Shown piece by piece: positions 24,480 through 59,236 of a DNA stretch of 64,000 nucleotides (its first letter is position 1; the number at the start of each line of letters is the position of its first letter). A program made the translations under genes and the position numbers. The notes under the pieces were generated by a model. The model worked only from the letters and a program-made list of their open reading frames with translations, searched no databases and was not told the origin of the DNA. Location: positions 276,516 through 340,515 of the forward strand of contig NMRA01000334.1 of assembly GCA_002633005.1 (NCBI GenBank), given 5' to 3'. This DNA comes from Phoronis australis (taxonomy: Eukaryota > Animalia > Phoronida).

Positions 24480-24915
24480 ACTGATAACAATTCTTTACCC
24501 AGCATTGTGAACAGCAATTTCTGGGAATAGCATTTCAAGCTTTTTTTCATGACGATCCTTGGAAAGAACGCAAACTGAAACGCGACTATTGTAATACCAG
24601 TTGAATTGAATGCAATCAACCTTGTATAGTACAAAAGAACGTCTGTGTACATGTGTATTTATCGGATAACGATTCTTTACCCTGCATTGAGAACAACTCT
24701 GAGGCACAGTTTTCAAGCATTTTTTCATGACGATTCTTGGAAAGAGTGTAATCTGAAACGCGACTGTTGTGATGTCGCTTGAATTAAATGTAACCAACCT
24801 TGCATGTATTTATCTGATAACGATTCTTTACTCTGCATTGAGAACAACAATGTCGAGGCATAGTTTCCTATACATTTTTTTCATGACAATTCCTGGAATG
24901 AACGCAAACTGACAC
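24480..24915. repeat. Diverged tandem repeat, ~2.5 units of 150-185 bp
   Basis: GATAAC(A/G)ATTCTTTAC...GCATTG...TTTTTTCATGAC recurs at ~24483, 24666 and 24816. Confidence 0.7.
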
Positions 24916-26441
24916 GGTTCGGCACTCAGTAACAGTAGCATAGAATGTGCATTTGAAAACTGCACTCGTCAGATATTGTCACTCAACAGGAAATGTTTGT
25001 ATGCTGACTTTTATTCGCCGTTATTATGGAAATAAGTAAGTACGTGATCTAGTTTTTGAAATCAGGCACATTTTCGTGTCTCTCATTAATGTCGGGAAGG
25101 GAAAGAATTTTAGATCACGCATCGACGGGTATTTGTCAAGCTTATAAAACGTTTTCACGCCGGTGTTGCAGCCCAAAACACAACATTTTGAAATGTTGTG
25201 TTGCTAACGAAGTATTTTAATACTTCGTTAGCATAGGAAGAACGAATAGAGTAATGCAACAGAGAAAATCTTGTTAAGAATCAGACAACAACTAATAACA
25301 TGTGAAACTCCAGTGGCTCGAAAACGAGGCAGAAAATGTGCCTGACGAATGTTTATACAGCGAAATTCGAGTGTCACTGTGTATTCCGGGACGACCCTAT
25401 TGCCATGAATCTCAAGTATATAGTACTAACTGTATGTTTTTAAAAGTTATGTATGCTTCGACCGTACAGTTAATAGCAGAAAGTGATCGAGAAACAATCC
25501 TAATAAACTTCAGCACGGCATTATACTCAAGTAAATAACCCAGGCATAAATCCTGAAGGTTACTGGAGTGATAAGCCTACACTGACTTATTCAGTTCTGA
25601 CAGTGGCGTTATTTTGAACTCTGGAGACGATTTGTGTGATATAAAATATTGCCCTTCGTTATCCGTAGGATTCACAAAGGATTGTACGTGTTACTCAAAC
25701 ATTAAAGTAAGGCCTTAAGTTATTTTTAGAAATGCCATTGCTTGCGAGAACGCTTGTTAGCTGTCTCGCCAGTTTTCGGATGTAGCACAGCATAAAAAAC
25801 TCTAAAAAAATTACCCAGCTACTTTGAAATTTGAACACACATCTTAGCCGAGTACAGAGATTTCATCGCGTGCTTCTCTCCGAGCCAGTTCTAAATGTCG
25901 TCTTGTATACCCAGTCATAGGCGGGGGGGGGGGGGNNNNNNNNTCAGATCCAATTTCAAGTGTCAAATTCATATCGGAACTATGGCTAAATATATACTCT
26001 CCTGCAATATCTCAGGGGACCGGCAGTAGCGCTGCGCACTACGACTCCGTTTCCTCCACTGTGCAATGAAGAAAATTTACTTCCAGTTCATTTTTTTAAA
26101 AAAGGGAACCTGAGTGACGATGAACAAACAGAAGCTGCTGGTAAGATGTGAATTTTAATCGAAGCCTTAGTGAATCACTCAGAAACTCATAATTCTCTCT
26201 TTGTTAAATCTTAACTTAAGACGATTTTCAAAGCAATCCCGTCATTATTGCCAACACGAAAAACGCATTTGGTCTTTTAGTCATTTGAAGACTATTTTAA
26301 ATACAAGAAATTTTTTTAAGAACTGATTGCACAAAATATAAAACGTGTAATAAGCATAACAAAAAGAAGTTGATTTCGCGCGCAAACGTTGTGAACCATA
26401 AACAAGTAGGTCTTTTAGTATTCTGTTAGTTGTTTAATCGT

Positions 26442-26510
26442 GGTGGTGTAGTGGTTAAGCACGCGTGCTCTATCCGCCAGGTCGTGAGTTCGAGTCTGTG
26501 GCAGGTGTAG
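26442..26510 (+). mobile_element. tRNA-derived SINE head or tRNA pseudogene
   Basis: A box TGGTGTAGTGG and B box GTTCGAGTC at tRNA-like spacing; no intact cloverleaf. Confidence 0.55.
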
Positions 26511-26698
26511 CTTTTCCTGTTGGACACGTTCTCTGTGTTTTTTTGCCTTTTTTTATTTGATAATACTTCAGGAATCAAGCAAATGCTTGATTTTTAGAGG
26601 AAAAAACAGAAAATTTTCCGGTGCTATACGCATCTACAAATGCTTACAGCCAGACAAAAAGTTGGGCCTCCCTTGCGATATCCTAAATCCGCCACTGA

Positions 26699-27535
26699 CA
26701 GTAGAGCATAAAACCACTGTAAAACCTTTTGTTGCAATTTGTTATGGGTCGGGTGGCTATTTGTCATAAATTGACTCGTTCAGGCATACATACATAATTC
26801 ATTTTTATGAAAGTCTTTTGTTACCGTTTTGAAGAACATGCCTCGGTTCATGTACCTGAAGAATACCAAAATGTCAACCTTTTTAGTGGTGGAGGCAAAC
26901 ACAAAGATGCGCATATGTAATGCATTTTTCAGTCTAAGTTTCTTTGTTACCATGATAATTTCTCCGTTTGAAGGGTGACATTTTGGAGCAACGGTGCAGT
27001 ATTGTCTTATTCGCAGACCTGCATAATTCATGACAGCGTTTTCCCGTTCAGTGACTTCAACATTCGTTGGGGGTTCTGAGCGTGTGATTACATTTAGCTT
27101 CTTTGTTAACTGCCACTAAAGCACACTCTTTTGTCTGTTATGACAAGAAACAGGTAACTTATCTACCAGGCTTATTACAGACGACGTGTGAATACAATTG
27201 GTGTATTTGGAAAGAATAGATTGTCGTAACTTCGGTTGCAGTGAGTTGGGCGATTTTGGTGATTCAAAAACTAAACATGATCACCATTTGACGAATATTT
27301 CAGAAATGTAATTGGTTTGTGTTCAAATATATTACTACTTAGCTTTTATTTTTAACAGCACAGCCCAGTCAGGGAGATTAGAGCAATTATCGAACAAAAA
27401 AGAGCTGGCCCTCCAACCCTAAGTGCCGAAATGGAGTTAATCAGTCGTGTAAGAAGGCATTGGTTACAGGAGTAAACTTCCCAACTTGTTGTTGGACTAT
27501 AGAAACGAACAAGTTGGGAGCAACGGAGAAACGCT
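26699..27535 (+). repeat. Interspersed repeat, probably a DNA transposon fragment, with a second copy in this window
   Basis: 27030-27530 aligns directly with ~57225-57700. 26699-26780 (CAGTAGAGCA...) is the reverse complement of ~59246-59322. Confidence 0.65.
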
Positions 27536-27608
27536 GTAATGTAGCAGTGAGGTCTGAATGGAAAATAGCAGACCCCCTCTGTCATCGCTAGATGCCATGC
27601 TATTGCTC

Positions 27609-28108
27609 CACACCAGAGGCGCGGTGCCACTACGGGTTTTGGTGAAAACTGCCATCACCATAGTGACACCGCCTGTAGTGTTTCATTGTTTTCCCCTACC
27701 CCTCACACGTCTTTTTCTTCACGCCACGGGATCGCCTTCGGTCGCCAGTCTAGGTTTTCGGCGATTGCACGGCGGTTGTACTGCGGAAGCACGGCGGTGA
27801 TGAAGGTGCTACTGCGGTCCTTGTACGGCCGGGTGCCACGGCGATCATGACGGTGTCGCAGCAATCCCACTGCGGATTGGCCCAAACCGCGATTGACTGC
27901 GGAAGTTTTCAACGTGTTCAAAATTTCCGCCGTGCCACCGCGAAGGTCCACGGTTTTGACAGTTTTCCGCGGTGCTACGGCGATCAATGGCGGAACCGCT
28001 GCGGAACAGCTGCGGAACCACTGCGGAACCACGGTGATCATGGCGTTGCCACAGGGGTTTATGCCGTACAAGCACTGCCGTGGCTCCGCACCTCCGGTGT
28101 GACTGAGG
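27609..28108. mobile_element. GC-rich MITE (Harbinger-like)
   Basis: Inverted ends CACACCAGAGGCGCGG.GCCAC and GTGGCTCCGCACCTCCGGTGTG; internal CTGCGGAAC repeats. Confidence 0.6.
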
Positions 28109-28142
28109 TACGGCATGTGTTACTCAGAGATGGGACATTCAA

Positions 28143-28468
28143 GAATACGAACTTTAAAGTCATTGCATATGTAAACAACGACATATTGATCCATGTTTCG
28201 CTTTATTGTCTCTAAACTGTTCTGAAGACAAAAGACAAAAGTTAAAAATTTTTTAATCAGCCGACACAGGTGGAGAACAGACTGTACAGGTACAGGTCAA
28301 AATGCATTGTGAGGGGAGAGACCAGAAATCAAAACAGTTGAAGCTCAAATGAAACAATGTATCTAATCAGACAGCTCTTTAGTCTTGAAAATGGTTTAGA
28401 GACAATAAAAGGAAACGTTGATCAATATGTCGCTGTTCACATATGCGTTGATTTTAAAGTTCGTACTC
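28143..28468. mobile_element. MITE with ~90-bp inverted arms
   Basis: 28143-28235 is an imperfect reverse complement of 28376-28468. Confidence 0.65.
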
Positions 28469-28809
28469 ATATTTTGGCCAAAAACAATTGTGATAAGTAG
28501 TCAGGAATTCTCCATAGTGTTTATACAATTGCGGCAATTATGGTCGGCGTTTGAGCAACTATATGCTCACACTGATTAAAAGCTATTCGGCAATGCTTAC
28601 GGGGAATGACGGTACACTCTAAGGATTTTTGATTAATTTATATGTTGAATCGTGAATTCTGAATGAATTGAACTTGCTAAAATGTTTGGCCTCTGCTGCA
28701 TAGAACTGTATATGTTATTGGTCGTTCAAGAATAAATTGTATATGTCAACACTTATCAACATTTTTGCATCAGCACTAATTGTAGCACTGAGTCACATAA
28801 CCCCTACTG

Positions 28810-29783
28810 NNNNNNNNNNNNNNNNNNNNNNNNNNNNNNNNNNNNNNNNNNNNNNNNNNNNNNNNNNNNNNNNNNNNNNNNNNNNNNNNNNNNNNNNNNN
28901 NNNNNNNNNNNNNNNNNNNNNNNNNNNNNNNNNNNNNNNNNNNNNNNNNNNNNNNNNNNNNNNNNNNNNNNNNNNNNNNNNNNNNNNNNNNNNNNNNNNN
29001 NNNNNNNNNNNNNNNNNNNNNNNNNNNNNNNNNNNNNNNNNNNNNNNNNNNNNNNNNNNNNNNNNNNNNNNNNNNNNNNNNNNNNNNNNNNNNNNNNNNN
29101 NNNNNNNNNNNNNNNNNNNNNNNNNNNNNNNNNNNNNNNNNNNNNNNNNNNNNNNNNNNNNNNNNNNNNNNNNNNNNNNNNNNNNNNNNNNNNNNNNNNN
29201 NNNNNNNNNNNNNNNNNNNNNNNNNNNNNNNNNNNNNNNNNNNNNNNNNNNNNNNNNNNNNNNNNNNNNNNNNNNNNNNNNNNNNNNNNNNNNNNNNNNN
29301 NNNNNNNNNNNNNNNNNNNNNNNNNNNNNNNNNNNNNNNNNNNNNNNNNNNNNNNNNNNNNNNNNNNNNNNNNNNNNNNNNNNNNNNNNNNNNNNNNNNN
29401 NNNNNNNNNNNNNNNNNNNNNNNNNNNNNNNNNNNNNNNNNNNNNNNNNNNNNNNNNNNNNNNNNNNNNNNNNNNNNNNNNNNNNNNNNNNNNNNNNNNN
29501 NNNNNNNNNNNNNNNNNNNNNNNNNNNNNNNNNNNNNNNNNNNNNNNNNNNNNNNNNNNNNNNNNNNNNNNNNNNNNNNNNNNNNNNNNNNNNNNNNNNN
29601 NNNNNNNNNNNNNNNNNNNNNNNNNNNNNNNNNNNNNNNNNNNNNNNNNNNNNNNNNNNNNNNNNNNNNNNNNNNNNNNNNNNNNNNNNNNNNNNNNNNN
29701 NNNNNNNNNNNNNNNNNNNNNNNNNNNNNNNNNNNNNNNNNNNNNNNNNNNNNNNNNNNNNNNNNNNNNNNNNNNNNNNNNNN
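28810..29783. other. Assembly gap (N run); a second short gap lies near 25936-25943
   Basis: Runs of N next to poly-G tracts. Confidence 0.99.
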
Positions 29784-30897
29784 NGGGGGGATGGGGGGGG
29801 GGGGGGGGGGTGGGGGGGAGGGCAGGGGGAGGAGAGAGAGGTAGAGGGAGAGATAATCCCAAAAATAAGCGCTCGAACTGCTAGGTAATTATTTTCTAGT
29901 GGAAGCATGGATTTAAGAGTAGGCCTATTCGACATCGCGAAAATCGTAGTATATAGTCACCTTTACACGTGAAAGAAATGTCCATTTTGTCTTATCTCTC
30001 GTTGAATCGCTCTATTGATTTTTGGATTTCGGTAAATAAAAAACATTATAAAGTGCTGTTTTATCTTGGGTTTGACGAGATAACTCATAGTAGTTTTGCG
30101 AAAGATGATAATCTATGTAAGGATTATGATTAGGCGGGTTATTGGTTTTCTGACACGCATAGGTTGGTCACATCACGAGGCCTAGGTCGTGTAAGAAGAC
30201 TAAGAATGCTTTCTTTTTATAAAACATCCTGATTTATAACAGCTAATTGATATTAACCTACCTTCTGTGTCTCTCTCCAATCATGTATAGAACGATTCGC
30301 ATTTATTTTGTTTCTAAAATAGAATGTCCGATCAAAAGTGGCAGGACCGGCGTAGGAACGGGAATTTCTTGAGAGAATTGGTGAAAACTAGATTCGGATG
30401 CCCGGTTTATTCGTAATGTTTTCAATCATTCTAGCTGTTAAAAACAGTAGGTGAAACAAATCTTACGTCGATCAGTCACTTGGCCATTTCCTTCAGCAAT
30501 TTTCTTCAAACGATATTTCGGTTGAAAAACGGACTTTTACATCTTATGTATAGAAAGTGAGCGTATAATAGACGATCCATACTGCGAACTTGAGGGGCGC
30601 TCATTCCCACTCCCTGCCTCCCCCATGCTGTGAGTTCCAATTTTTTCTATTTGAGTTAAAAATAACTTCATTTTTACGAAAGATAAATTCAGATTGATCA
30701 ATGTACTGTCATTTGGCCAGTTCGTCACAACTTGAAAAGCAGTAAGACTGAATGGGTTTATTAGTGTAATTGCTCACTGGCAGACTATAAAAAGTTTTTT
30801 TAAAAAAAAGCGACAACACTTTTTGAAAACTATGATGAAGAAAAATTGGCTCTGTTCTTGTAATATAAAAACGCTTTGATGTTTAAAGTCGGGTCTC

Positions 30898-31220
30898 AGG
30901 GGCGGATTAAGGATTTCGAGTTGAGGGGAGGGGAGCCACTAGGGCACGAGGAATAACAAGAGTTTCGCCACATGCGCTCGCCCAGCCTAACATGTAGGGA
31001 TGCGGGGGTCTCGAATTTTTGGGATATGTACACAGTGGACCTTAAAATTCCTAAACGGTAAACGGGGTTTGTTCAAGGCCTGTGCATTGTGCATTCGCCC
31101 CCCCCAAACCCCCTGGGTGCGCCCATATGCTACTCAGCAATTCGCACCGCGGACTAACAAATGATATCTAGGAAAATTTTAGGGGGGCCATGGCCCCCTT
31201 CCCCCCTAAATCCGCCACTG
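30898..31220 (+). mobile_element. MITE, CAG(G/T)GGCGGAT-ended family (long variant)
   Basis: TIRs CAGGGGCGGAT ... ATCCGCCACTG; collinear with 40785-41102. Confidence 0.75.
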
Positions 31221-31823
31221 GGTCCCATTTTAAATTATTTTAAAAATGCTCGTAATTCCTCAATTTGAAAAATCGAAGAATGCGACAGTTCTGGGAATTT
31301 GTTAATGAAAAAGTTCACCATCTGAGAGCTGGCTTGCCGCCTGGTCTAACCCGGCCGGATCATGACTAAAAACTCTACCACCGACGGAGCTGCCAGGGCG
31401 GTCTCTAAGTTCTGTGCTACGAATACATTTCAACCCACCGAGGGCGCTGATGAATGCGGTCAATTTCCGGCTAGGATTTCAAACATGCCAGAAAAAAGGT
31501 ATTGTATTCAGTTTCGAATTGAAGTCACTTTTCATGCAAAAACAGCTGTGTATATTGTCATGTACTATAATCACGTCAGTAGAAGCGTCATAAAAATCTT
31601 TCCAAGTACAGTAAGACTGCAATTTGTCCCATTTCGTGAATTTCGTCTCCACGTCAGCTCACACTCACAGATACACAGCCACAGGTGTGCCAGGCTGTGT
31701 TTCAGCTAGTCTGCTAGCCAGCTGTATGCACGGGCGTCCTCAGTTTCTGATCGTCCCCAATACACTATTTATTTATTACGTAGTCACGTTGTTATAAATA
31801 CCTTTTGGGCATAGAGGAACACC

Positions 31824-32746
31824 TTAGGAGTTTGTCGATGTGTTTAATTCCTTCCAACTCGAACAAATACTCCCGTTATCAAACTTTTTCTTCGAGCAGT
31901 CCCTATTTCAGTTCCCAAAATCGTATTAAAATACTGAAATTTGTGGTGACGTGGACGCAACCTCATGGAAGAAGAACAGTTGAATGAAGAATCGGCGAAA
32001 TAAGAAACTGGCCAATAGGTGACGCAATATTTCATCGCGCCGAAAGCCAACTTTACGCAAAAGATTGCTCTACAACTTTAGAAGCAGAATAACAGTAGAA
32101 CGCCAATTTTTCCAACACCGGATAATAATTTAGTTTACTCAAGGAAAATTGTAGTTTTTAATGACACTAATTTTGTGTCAGATTTCATCTGGTCAGTTTC
32201 TTACCCACATCAGTGCAAAGCTGTATTAGTATACAGCTTTGTACCAAGGCTACACTTCAGCCAGAGCTGTTTCTATTTGGCCATAGCACAGGCAATCCTC
32301 GACGATTTACTATAATTGGTATTATAGTATATTATCATAGTTACAGTATATTATCAAGGGCTGATTAAAGGTGCCTAAACTTATCTGACAAGCGTAGTGT
32401 CCTTTTTTCATCTTTGCACCATGTCTGAAACTTTTCTAGAGCAGCTAGTTGATATCTGAAACGCTGAATAAATTTTGGTACCTGGCATGCAAGAAGACAA
32501 TGATCACCATCTCTAGGTGGCTGAGTAGAGACGTCGGAAGCTTTTTGGCAAATTATGCCTCACACCAACTAAAACATCAGAGTCACATTGTTATGCCAGG
32601 CTATATGACGTCATACTACCTGCCGCGCACACTGTAATGTTTCTGATTTTGGGAAATGAGTGCAGGACTGCTAACTCAGTAAAAAGTTTGATAGCAGGAG
32701 TATTTGTTCGAGTTGGAAAGAATTAAAGACATCTACGGCCTCCTAA
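31824..32746. mobile_element. Old MITE with ~100-bp inverted arms
   Basis: TTAATTCCTTCCAACTCGAACAAATACTCCCGTTATCAAACTTTTT at ~31843-31889 has an inverted copy at ~32680-32726; ends TTAGGAG ... CTCCTAA. Confidence 0.65.
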
Positions 32747-33308
32747 GCTAAGGTATTTGTGGTATTTGCACAGCCATTTTCTATACAATAAGTGTTGTTT
32801 GACCCCATGCCTTTTGAAAACTAGGTCAGTCATGTAATGAAATTTTCTACCTCCTAAAAGAGTAGAGTTGAATTCGAGAAGTAGAAATTGTCTGTCTTCT
32901 GATTTCTGTGGAAATATTTTTCCTAAGTCTACAGATTGAATGTCCTGAATGAGTTATTCCTTGCATAAATATTAATGAATAACTGCACATCTTTTTCTTA
33001 CGTAACATCTATCATATACAAAACACTGTGTTGGATTTATATCCTGTAAGAAGTAAGCGATCCACCAACCTACTCAATTCTACTTCCGTAAGTGAATGGC
33101 TCGGCATCATACTAGTAAACAGGCATAGATAGATAAGCTGTCTAGTTCTTTTATTGCTACTTGGCAAAACTTCAGTTGATATTGTGTCAGCTGATGTCAG
33201 TTTTTATAATCTTGAATCATGTTTTACTATTCTACATTTTAACAAATCTTTTATTTTAGAACAAGACACTTAATTACATAAATCCTTACAAACATCTCTG
33301 ATCTGAAA

Positions 33309-46612
<13,304 letters not shown>

Positions 46613-47721
46613 TTGTCATGTTGAAGTTTTTAGGTTATCACGATGGAATTCATCTCGCCATGCAGAGGGTACTTGCATGTCTAAGAAACGCTACAGAATT
46701 CATTTTTTATTAGGATTGTGCTGTATTATTGGTCATCTCTCCTAGTATGGGGAAATTATTTAATGGTTGATCCAAAAGGCCTGGTATGGTGCCGTTTTTG
46801 TCCAGAATACCAACGCTGGGTGTGAAAGTCTGTGGACGGACTATTAGTTCAGACCACTTTATGCATTGGCTAGACTGGGCGTCATGTTTTGGACAGACTT
46901 ACATGTACTGATAGTCACAGCTGACCTGCAACAGTGTAATGGGAATATGGTCACCGATTCAGAAGCGTTCTTCTGTGGTGATCGTGGAAGAAAAAGGAAG
47001 TGATATTCCGATTCCAAGGAGAGTGAAACTTGCAAAATTACGTAGATGTTTTGAGGATGTTCATCGAGCACGAGACGAGCTCAGTGGATAATTGTCACAC
47101 TTCCGTCGAGTTTCTAGTGTTCTACCTTGTGAAATGTTTTGCAAATAAGACAAAATAAAGTAGACCTGGGTCCAGGGTCTAATCTTTTACTCAAAATCAA
47201 TCTCAATGATATTGAAATTTTCTGTTCTTTAATACAAAACCAAGATAATTATCTATTATTCCGTGCTCAAGTACATTATACATGTATATTGTACAGTCCA
47301 AATTCGCACTCGATGACCCCTAGTTTCCAGCTTCTAGCTCTGGCTTATAGTGAGGTCATTAAGTGCAAAATAGGATTGTAGTCATACATGTCAACCGTAA
47401 TATACTGGAGAGCAGAATAATGGACAGTTACCTTGAGTTTTTGTACTACAAGTAGAGTGTAAAATTTAAAAAAAATAATTTCGGCCATGAACTCAGCGAG
47501 TACAAGCACTTCTGCTGCAAAAAAACCTCGGCTGCTGGTTCGCAAACACATGTTTTATGGTAAGTGACAAAAAATAGCTGGTGGTCTGGTACACATTGTA
47601 CCAGACGTGCGCAGGCAGCACGTGTCAGCCCATTGTACTGATCACCTGGAACCATTTTTGTGCTTTATTAATTTACTGTTAAAACCAGGTTGAGGAACTA
47701 CAGAACCCGACTCAAGGGTGT

Positions 47722-47801
47722 AGCAGTGTGCCCCAGTGGGACTGGAACCCAGGCTCTCGAGTAAATACGGCGGGCTGCTATCACATGGTTACACTACCTC
47801 C
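47722..47801 (-). mobile_element. Degenerate tRNA-derived SINE head
   Basis: Minus strand has GGTAGTGTAAC (A-box-like) and GGTTCCAGTCCC (B-box-like). Confidence 0.4.
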
Positions 47802-49345
47802 TCGATGAGCGCCTGACTATTAAACCAAAACATAACAAGTACACTGGATCGCATGATCAGTAGCAAAAGACAAATGTAGCCATTGGTCTTTCAAAGTCTG
47901 AATTAGAGGAGAGGACATTCACTGAACACATGGCAATGTTGTCAGCTGGTAGCTCTCATGCATACTATATTCAATGAACTGTGCCTATAGGAGGTGCTGC
48001 TACCAAATTGCTTAGATGCGGGGAAGTGAACAGAAAACTGAACCCATTCTTTCACGTGTGCATGAGGAGGCATCTGGCAAAATTTGGGAGACGTTCGCAC
48101 AAGAATGTAAATCTGGTCACGAGACTGTTCAATAACAAAAACTAAAGAATAGCGGTGTTATGGTAAACACCAGACAGCTGGATGGCACACACAGCTGTCA
48201 TTCACACAATAAGTTGTAAGCCTATACATACAGTATGTATAATTTATTAACTAGATTTCTTCCATACACAAAAACAATGCCTCTACTATGAAAAAAATGA
48301 ACACATTTCTTAGTAATCGCTACACTCCACCTCCACTACACCACCCATAAATGTTGTTGACAAATGTGCGCTCTAAGGGTGTGAACGAAAAAAAACCTCA
48401 AACCGTAAAACCTCAGATCTGAATTTTGAAATGCTCGAAACTAAGATAATTTGACACTGGACATAATTGAAAATCCTCAATGAAAGCACTTCTATTTTGA
48501 TACTGAAACAAAAAATTCAGACAATTTTTGATTAAGGACATTTAAACACGGAGTGTAGGTGGTCAGAGTAATTCAGTTGTACATGTTTCCCACAAGACAA
48601 ACTGGTGAAGTCTAATTGGCAATGGTAGCCGAAAATGACTATACGCACTGCAAGCTACAACAACCAAAGACCAATGAAAAAAGTTTACACACGACTACCA
48701 AGGATAGATAACTTTTGGGTAAATAAGTCCATTTACTCACAGCAAAATGTACAAATGTCAGATTAACACTGGTAACAGTTGACATTTTTATCAGATACTG
48801 GTGACCTCTGTTGGCATAATAAAAGACATGGCACTACATTTCAAGATTCTCCTGCTTGTCTATGCTTTTCAACTTGGTCAAAAGAAGAAGACTCATGAGA
48901 TGATGCCCATTTTTGAAATATTCAATGCTTGTGTAGTGCGAGCCAAACAAAGGAACATCAGGGTTTATCAGTTTCATAGACCGCAACCCAGTAATACTGG
49001 AAGGCAAGTGAGAAAACATAAATCGACGAATGGTAATAGTTTTCACATTGACACTATAATTTTCAAAGGCTGAGCACATCTGTCGGAGTCTGGGCGTATC
49101 ACATCTCAAAAACGCATTTAAGTATGCACGATCTATAACCACATTCCGGGCACTAGACCCAATCCACACCAAAAATAATCAAAAAAACTGCTTCACCAGT
49201 CACGGTGGGTAATTTCCCATCACGGATTATTTACAATGGGGGAATTCCACTAGCACTTGGTCATCATGACGGGAAATCCCATCACTCTGCAGGATTACTT
49301 TTGACATGCACTACACTACACTGTGTTAACACCTGATGAACTCTG

Positions 49346-56776
<7,431 letters not shown>

Positions 56777-57039
56777 CTTGGTCTGTCTGTTCGTCTTTCA
56801 CATCTGCAACTAGCGACATCAAACGGCTATTACATTCACCACTACAGGCCTAACAGATTGGGGTCGCACGTCAGCTTTCATTTGTTTAAACCCTTAAAAG
56901 TTTGAAAACTGTAGAATATTTGAATTCAAAATTATGTAGTAACATATAAAATGCCCAATTCTGGTTAACTTTGGAACAAAATATTTCATAAATGTATGAT
57001 CGGATTCATATGAAACGTTCAGATACACGCCAGCCGCCT

Positions 57040-57190
57040 CCCGTTCAGTAACGCTAGGACCTCGCTAAAAACCAAGACTTCGCGAGATTACGTGAGATAT
57101 TGCTGTGCATTGTAAACGAGAACACGTGACTTTGACTAGATTTTAGCTAGGTCCTAGCGTAGGTCCTAGCGTCTACTGAACGCACGCCAG
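57040..57190. repeat. Short inverted-repeat element upstream of PDHB
   Basis: CGTTCAGTA-ACGCTAGGACCT ... AGGTCCTAGCGTCTACTGAACG. Confidence 0.55.
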
Positions 57191-58673
57191 GTTTAATACT
57201 GAACTCATTCATCCCAAGCCGCATGACGGCGTTCTGACGTCAGTTCAGCAACTTTTAAAGACGTCAGGGGTTCTGAACGTGCGATAACATCTGACTCCTT
57301 TGTTAATCGCCCATCACAGTCTTTTGTCCCGTATGACAACAAGCAGGCCAATTATCTCCCAGGATTCAAAGGGTTATACTGAAACCTGCGGGAGGAATGG
57401 ATTGTCTCATTTCTGTTGTAGGTGAGCAATTTTGGTGATTCAAAAACTAAACATGATCAGCATTTGACAAGGAATTCAGAAAAGCTATTGGTTAATGTTC
57501 AAATAGCTTAACTTTCATTTTTAGCAGCACGGCCCAGTCAGGCCTTACGACTGTCATCCGATCGGAGATTAGAGCAATTATCGAAAAGAGAGCCGGCCCC
57601 GGCTCCAACTATCAATGCCAGAATCATGTTAATCAGTCGTGTACGATATTGGCTAAATGGGTAATCTTCCCAACTTGTTTTTGGATTATACAATCGCAGT
57701 AAGTGGGGCTACTCAGAGAATTCATTGATCTAGCTGATTTCAACTTTACAAAAAGGACTTTGATAGGCCTAATTTCCATGAAACAAATCGAAAGTTGCAG
57801 AAGACGAAAACAAAATGATATTATATAAAAGTGAATAGAGTTTTTGAGATCACATCTTCAACATCTGAAATTTGGCATCACTTTACTCCATGACTGTCGG
57901 TTTGCCATCGATGCTTTATGTTTGCCAAAAGTTTCAGTAATAAGACATATAGCCACATAGCCTAACCCAATGCTGGCATTTTGGTAAAAGTCAAAAATCG
58001 TATTCTATGGCTTTTTATTTTCAGAAAATAATTCAGAAATAACAACCTTTGCTACTTATTAAAAATCTGCACCGTTAGGCAATTCTTACATGAACACTAA
58101 CAGGATTTGAACCCATGCAAATGGCCGTGACAAGAAAGCGTGCGCTCGTGGTTTATCCCAGAGTATGCAGCGAATAAATCTCGCCCGGCTTGATAGCGCT
58201 GTCACAGAATGTGAGCCAGTCGCTATTCCTGGACTTGGTCTATGAGCTAATCGATTGCGGGAGTCACAGTAAACAAACGCAGCTGTTTAGCAGGCAATTT
58301 CAAAGTAAAAAAAACGAACAATGAATAAGGCAAAGGAACAACATGACGATTTTTCAATTGAAAAGTAAGCATTAACCGATACACGGCAACTATAAGCATA
58401 AATAATTGTATAAACTAACTAGTGGTAGCCCATGTGAACATTCTCATCGTATGGAGGTCACAAGCTACTGTTTAACTTGCGTGATCCATGCGACGGTGCG
58501 CGTCGCATGGTTATCGCCGTTAAGTCGATTTCTCTTTAGCCTACAGTCAGAAGGCTTGTTAGTGATGTACCTGCGAAACCGGATTACTTTTATCTATAAA
58601 AAAGATTGAATTGGAACAATTTATGAAATAGTATTGACGAGGTTGAGAAATACTAAGGCCAATTAAAGGTAAG

Positions 58674-59236
58674 TTTTTAAGGTGATATATATTTATTGAA
58701 GAATACAGGAACATACAAGGAAATGATGACAAACCCAGAAATCGCGAAGCATTGTATCTGGGTTAAGTAGACAGTTCATAGATGAAAGTAGTATGCATAG
58801 AACTATATACATGTACATGTAAGTAGAATCTAATATAAGTATTTAAATATTTAGATATGCTATTACGAGCATATTAAAAGCAAACAACATGTACAGATAT
58901 GGAAATCAGAAGCAACACTGAAGATTTATAAGGTAAAGCAATACATAAAAAATCGCTAACATTGCTTAAGAGGAATTCTTTGAGAACAACATCAAAGTTT
59001 AGACTACCATTTAACATTAATTTAACTTAAGTAGAGAAATAATTACAAGAATTGAAAGCTCGCAATTGGCTTTTATTGAGTGCACGAAATAGTGGGTTTC
59101 TTGGTTGTTCGACGAGGGGACATTTGTAGGAAACATGAGGATATTGTTGATGGTCAACACATACCAGTTTGGAGACATTACAAAGTTGTGCCTAAACTTG
59201 TCGAAGTTGGATTAAAAGACTGCATCTCGATCGGTA
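58674..59236 (-). mobile_element. 5'-truncated, diverged copy of the same LINE family as 19893-24000
   Basis: Reverse complement aligns with ~23440-24000 (C-terminal coding region, 3' UTR and tail). Flanked by the 9-bp direct repeat AAAGGTAAG (58665-58673, 59237-59245). Confidence 0.85.

Noticed and set aside
26066-26140. ATG..GTAAG micro-exon (MKKIYFQFIFLKKG...) resembling a transposase first exon
   Set aside because: It lies in a MITE-like repeat, has no downstream exon and no recognisable homology.
26442-26510. Functional tRNA gene
   Set aside because: A and B boxes are present but the acceptor and anticodon stems do not pair; treated as a SINE head.
27558-28215. Cluster of overlapping ORFs on both strands
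   Set aside because: They lie in a GC-rich MITE depleted of stop codons.
28737-29935. Three 350-380 aa ORFs in the ORF track
   Set aside because: They consist of X residues across an N gap and are artefacts.
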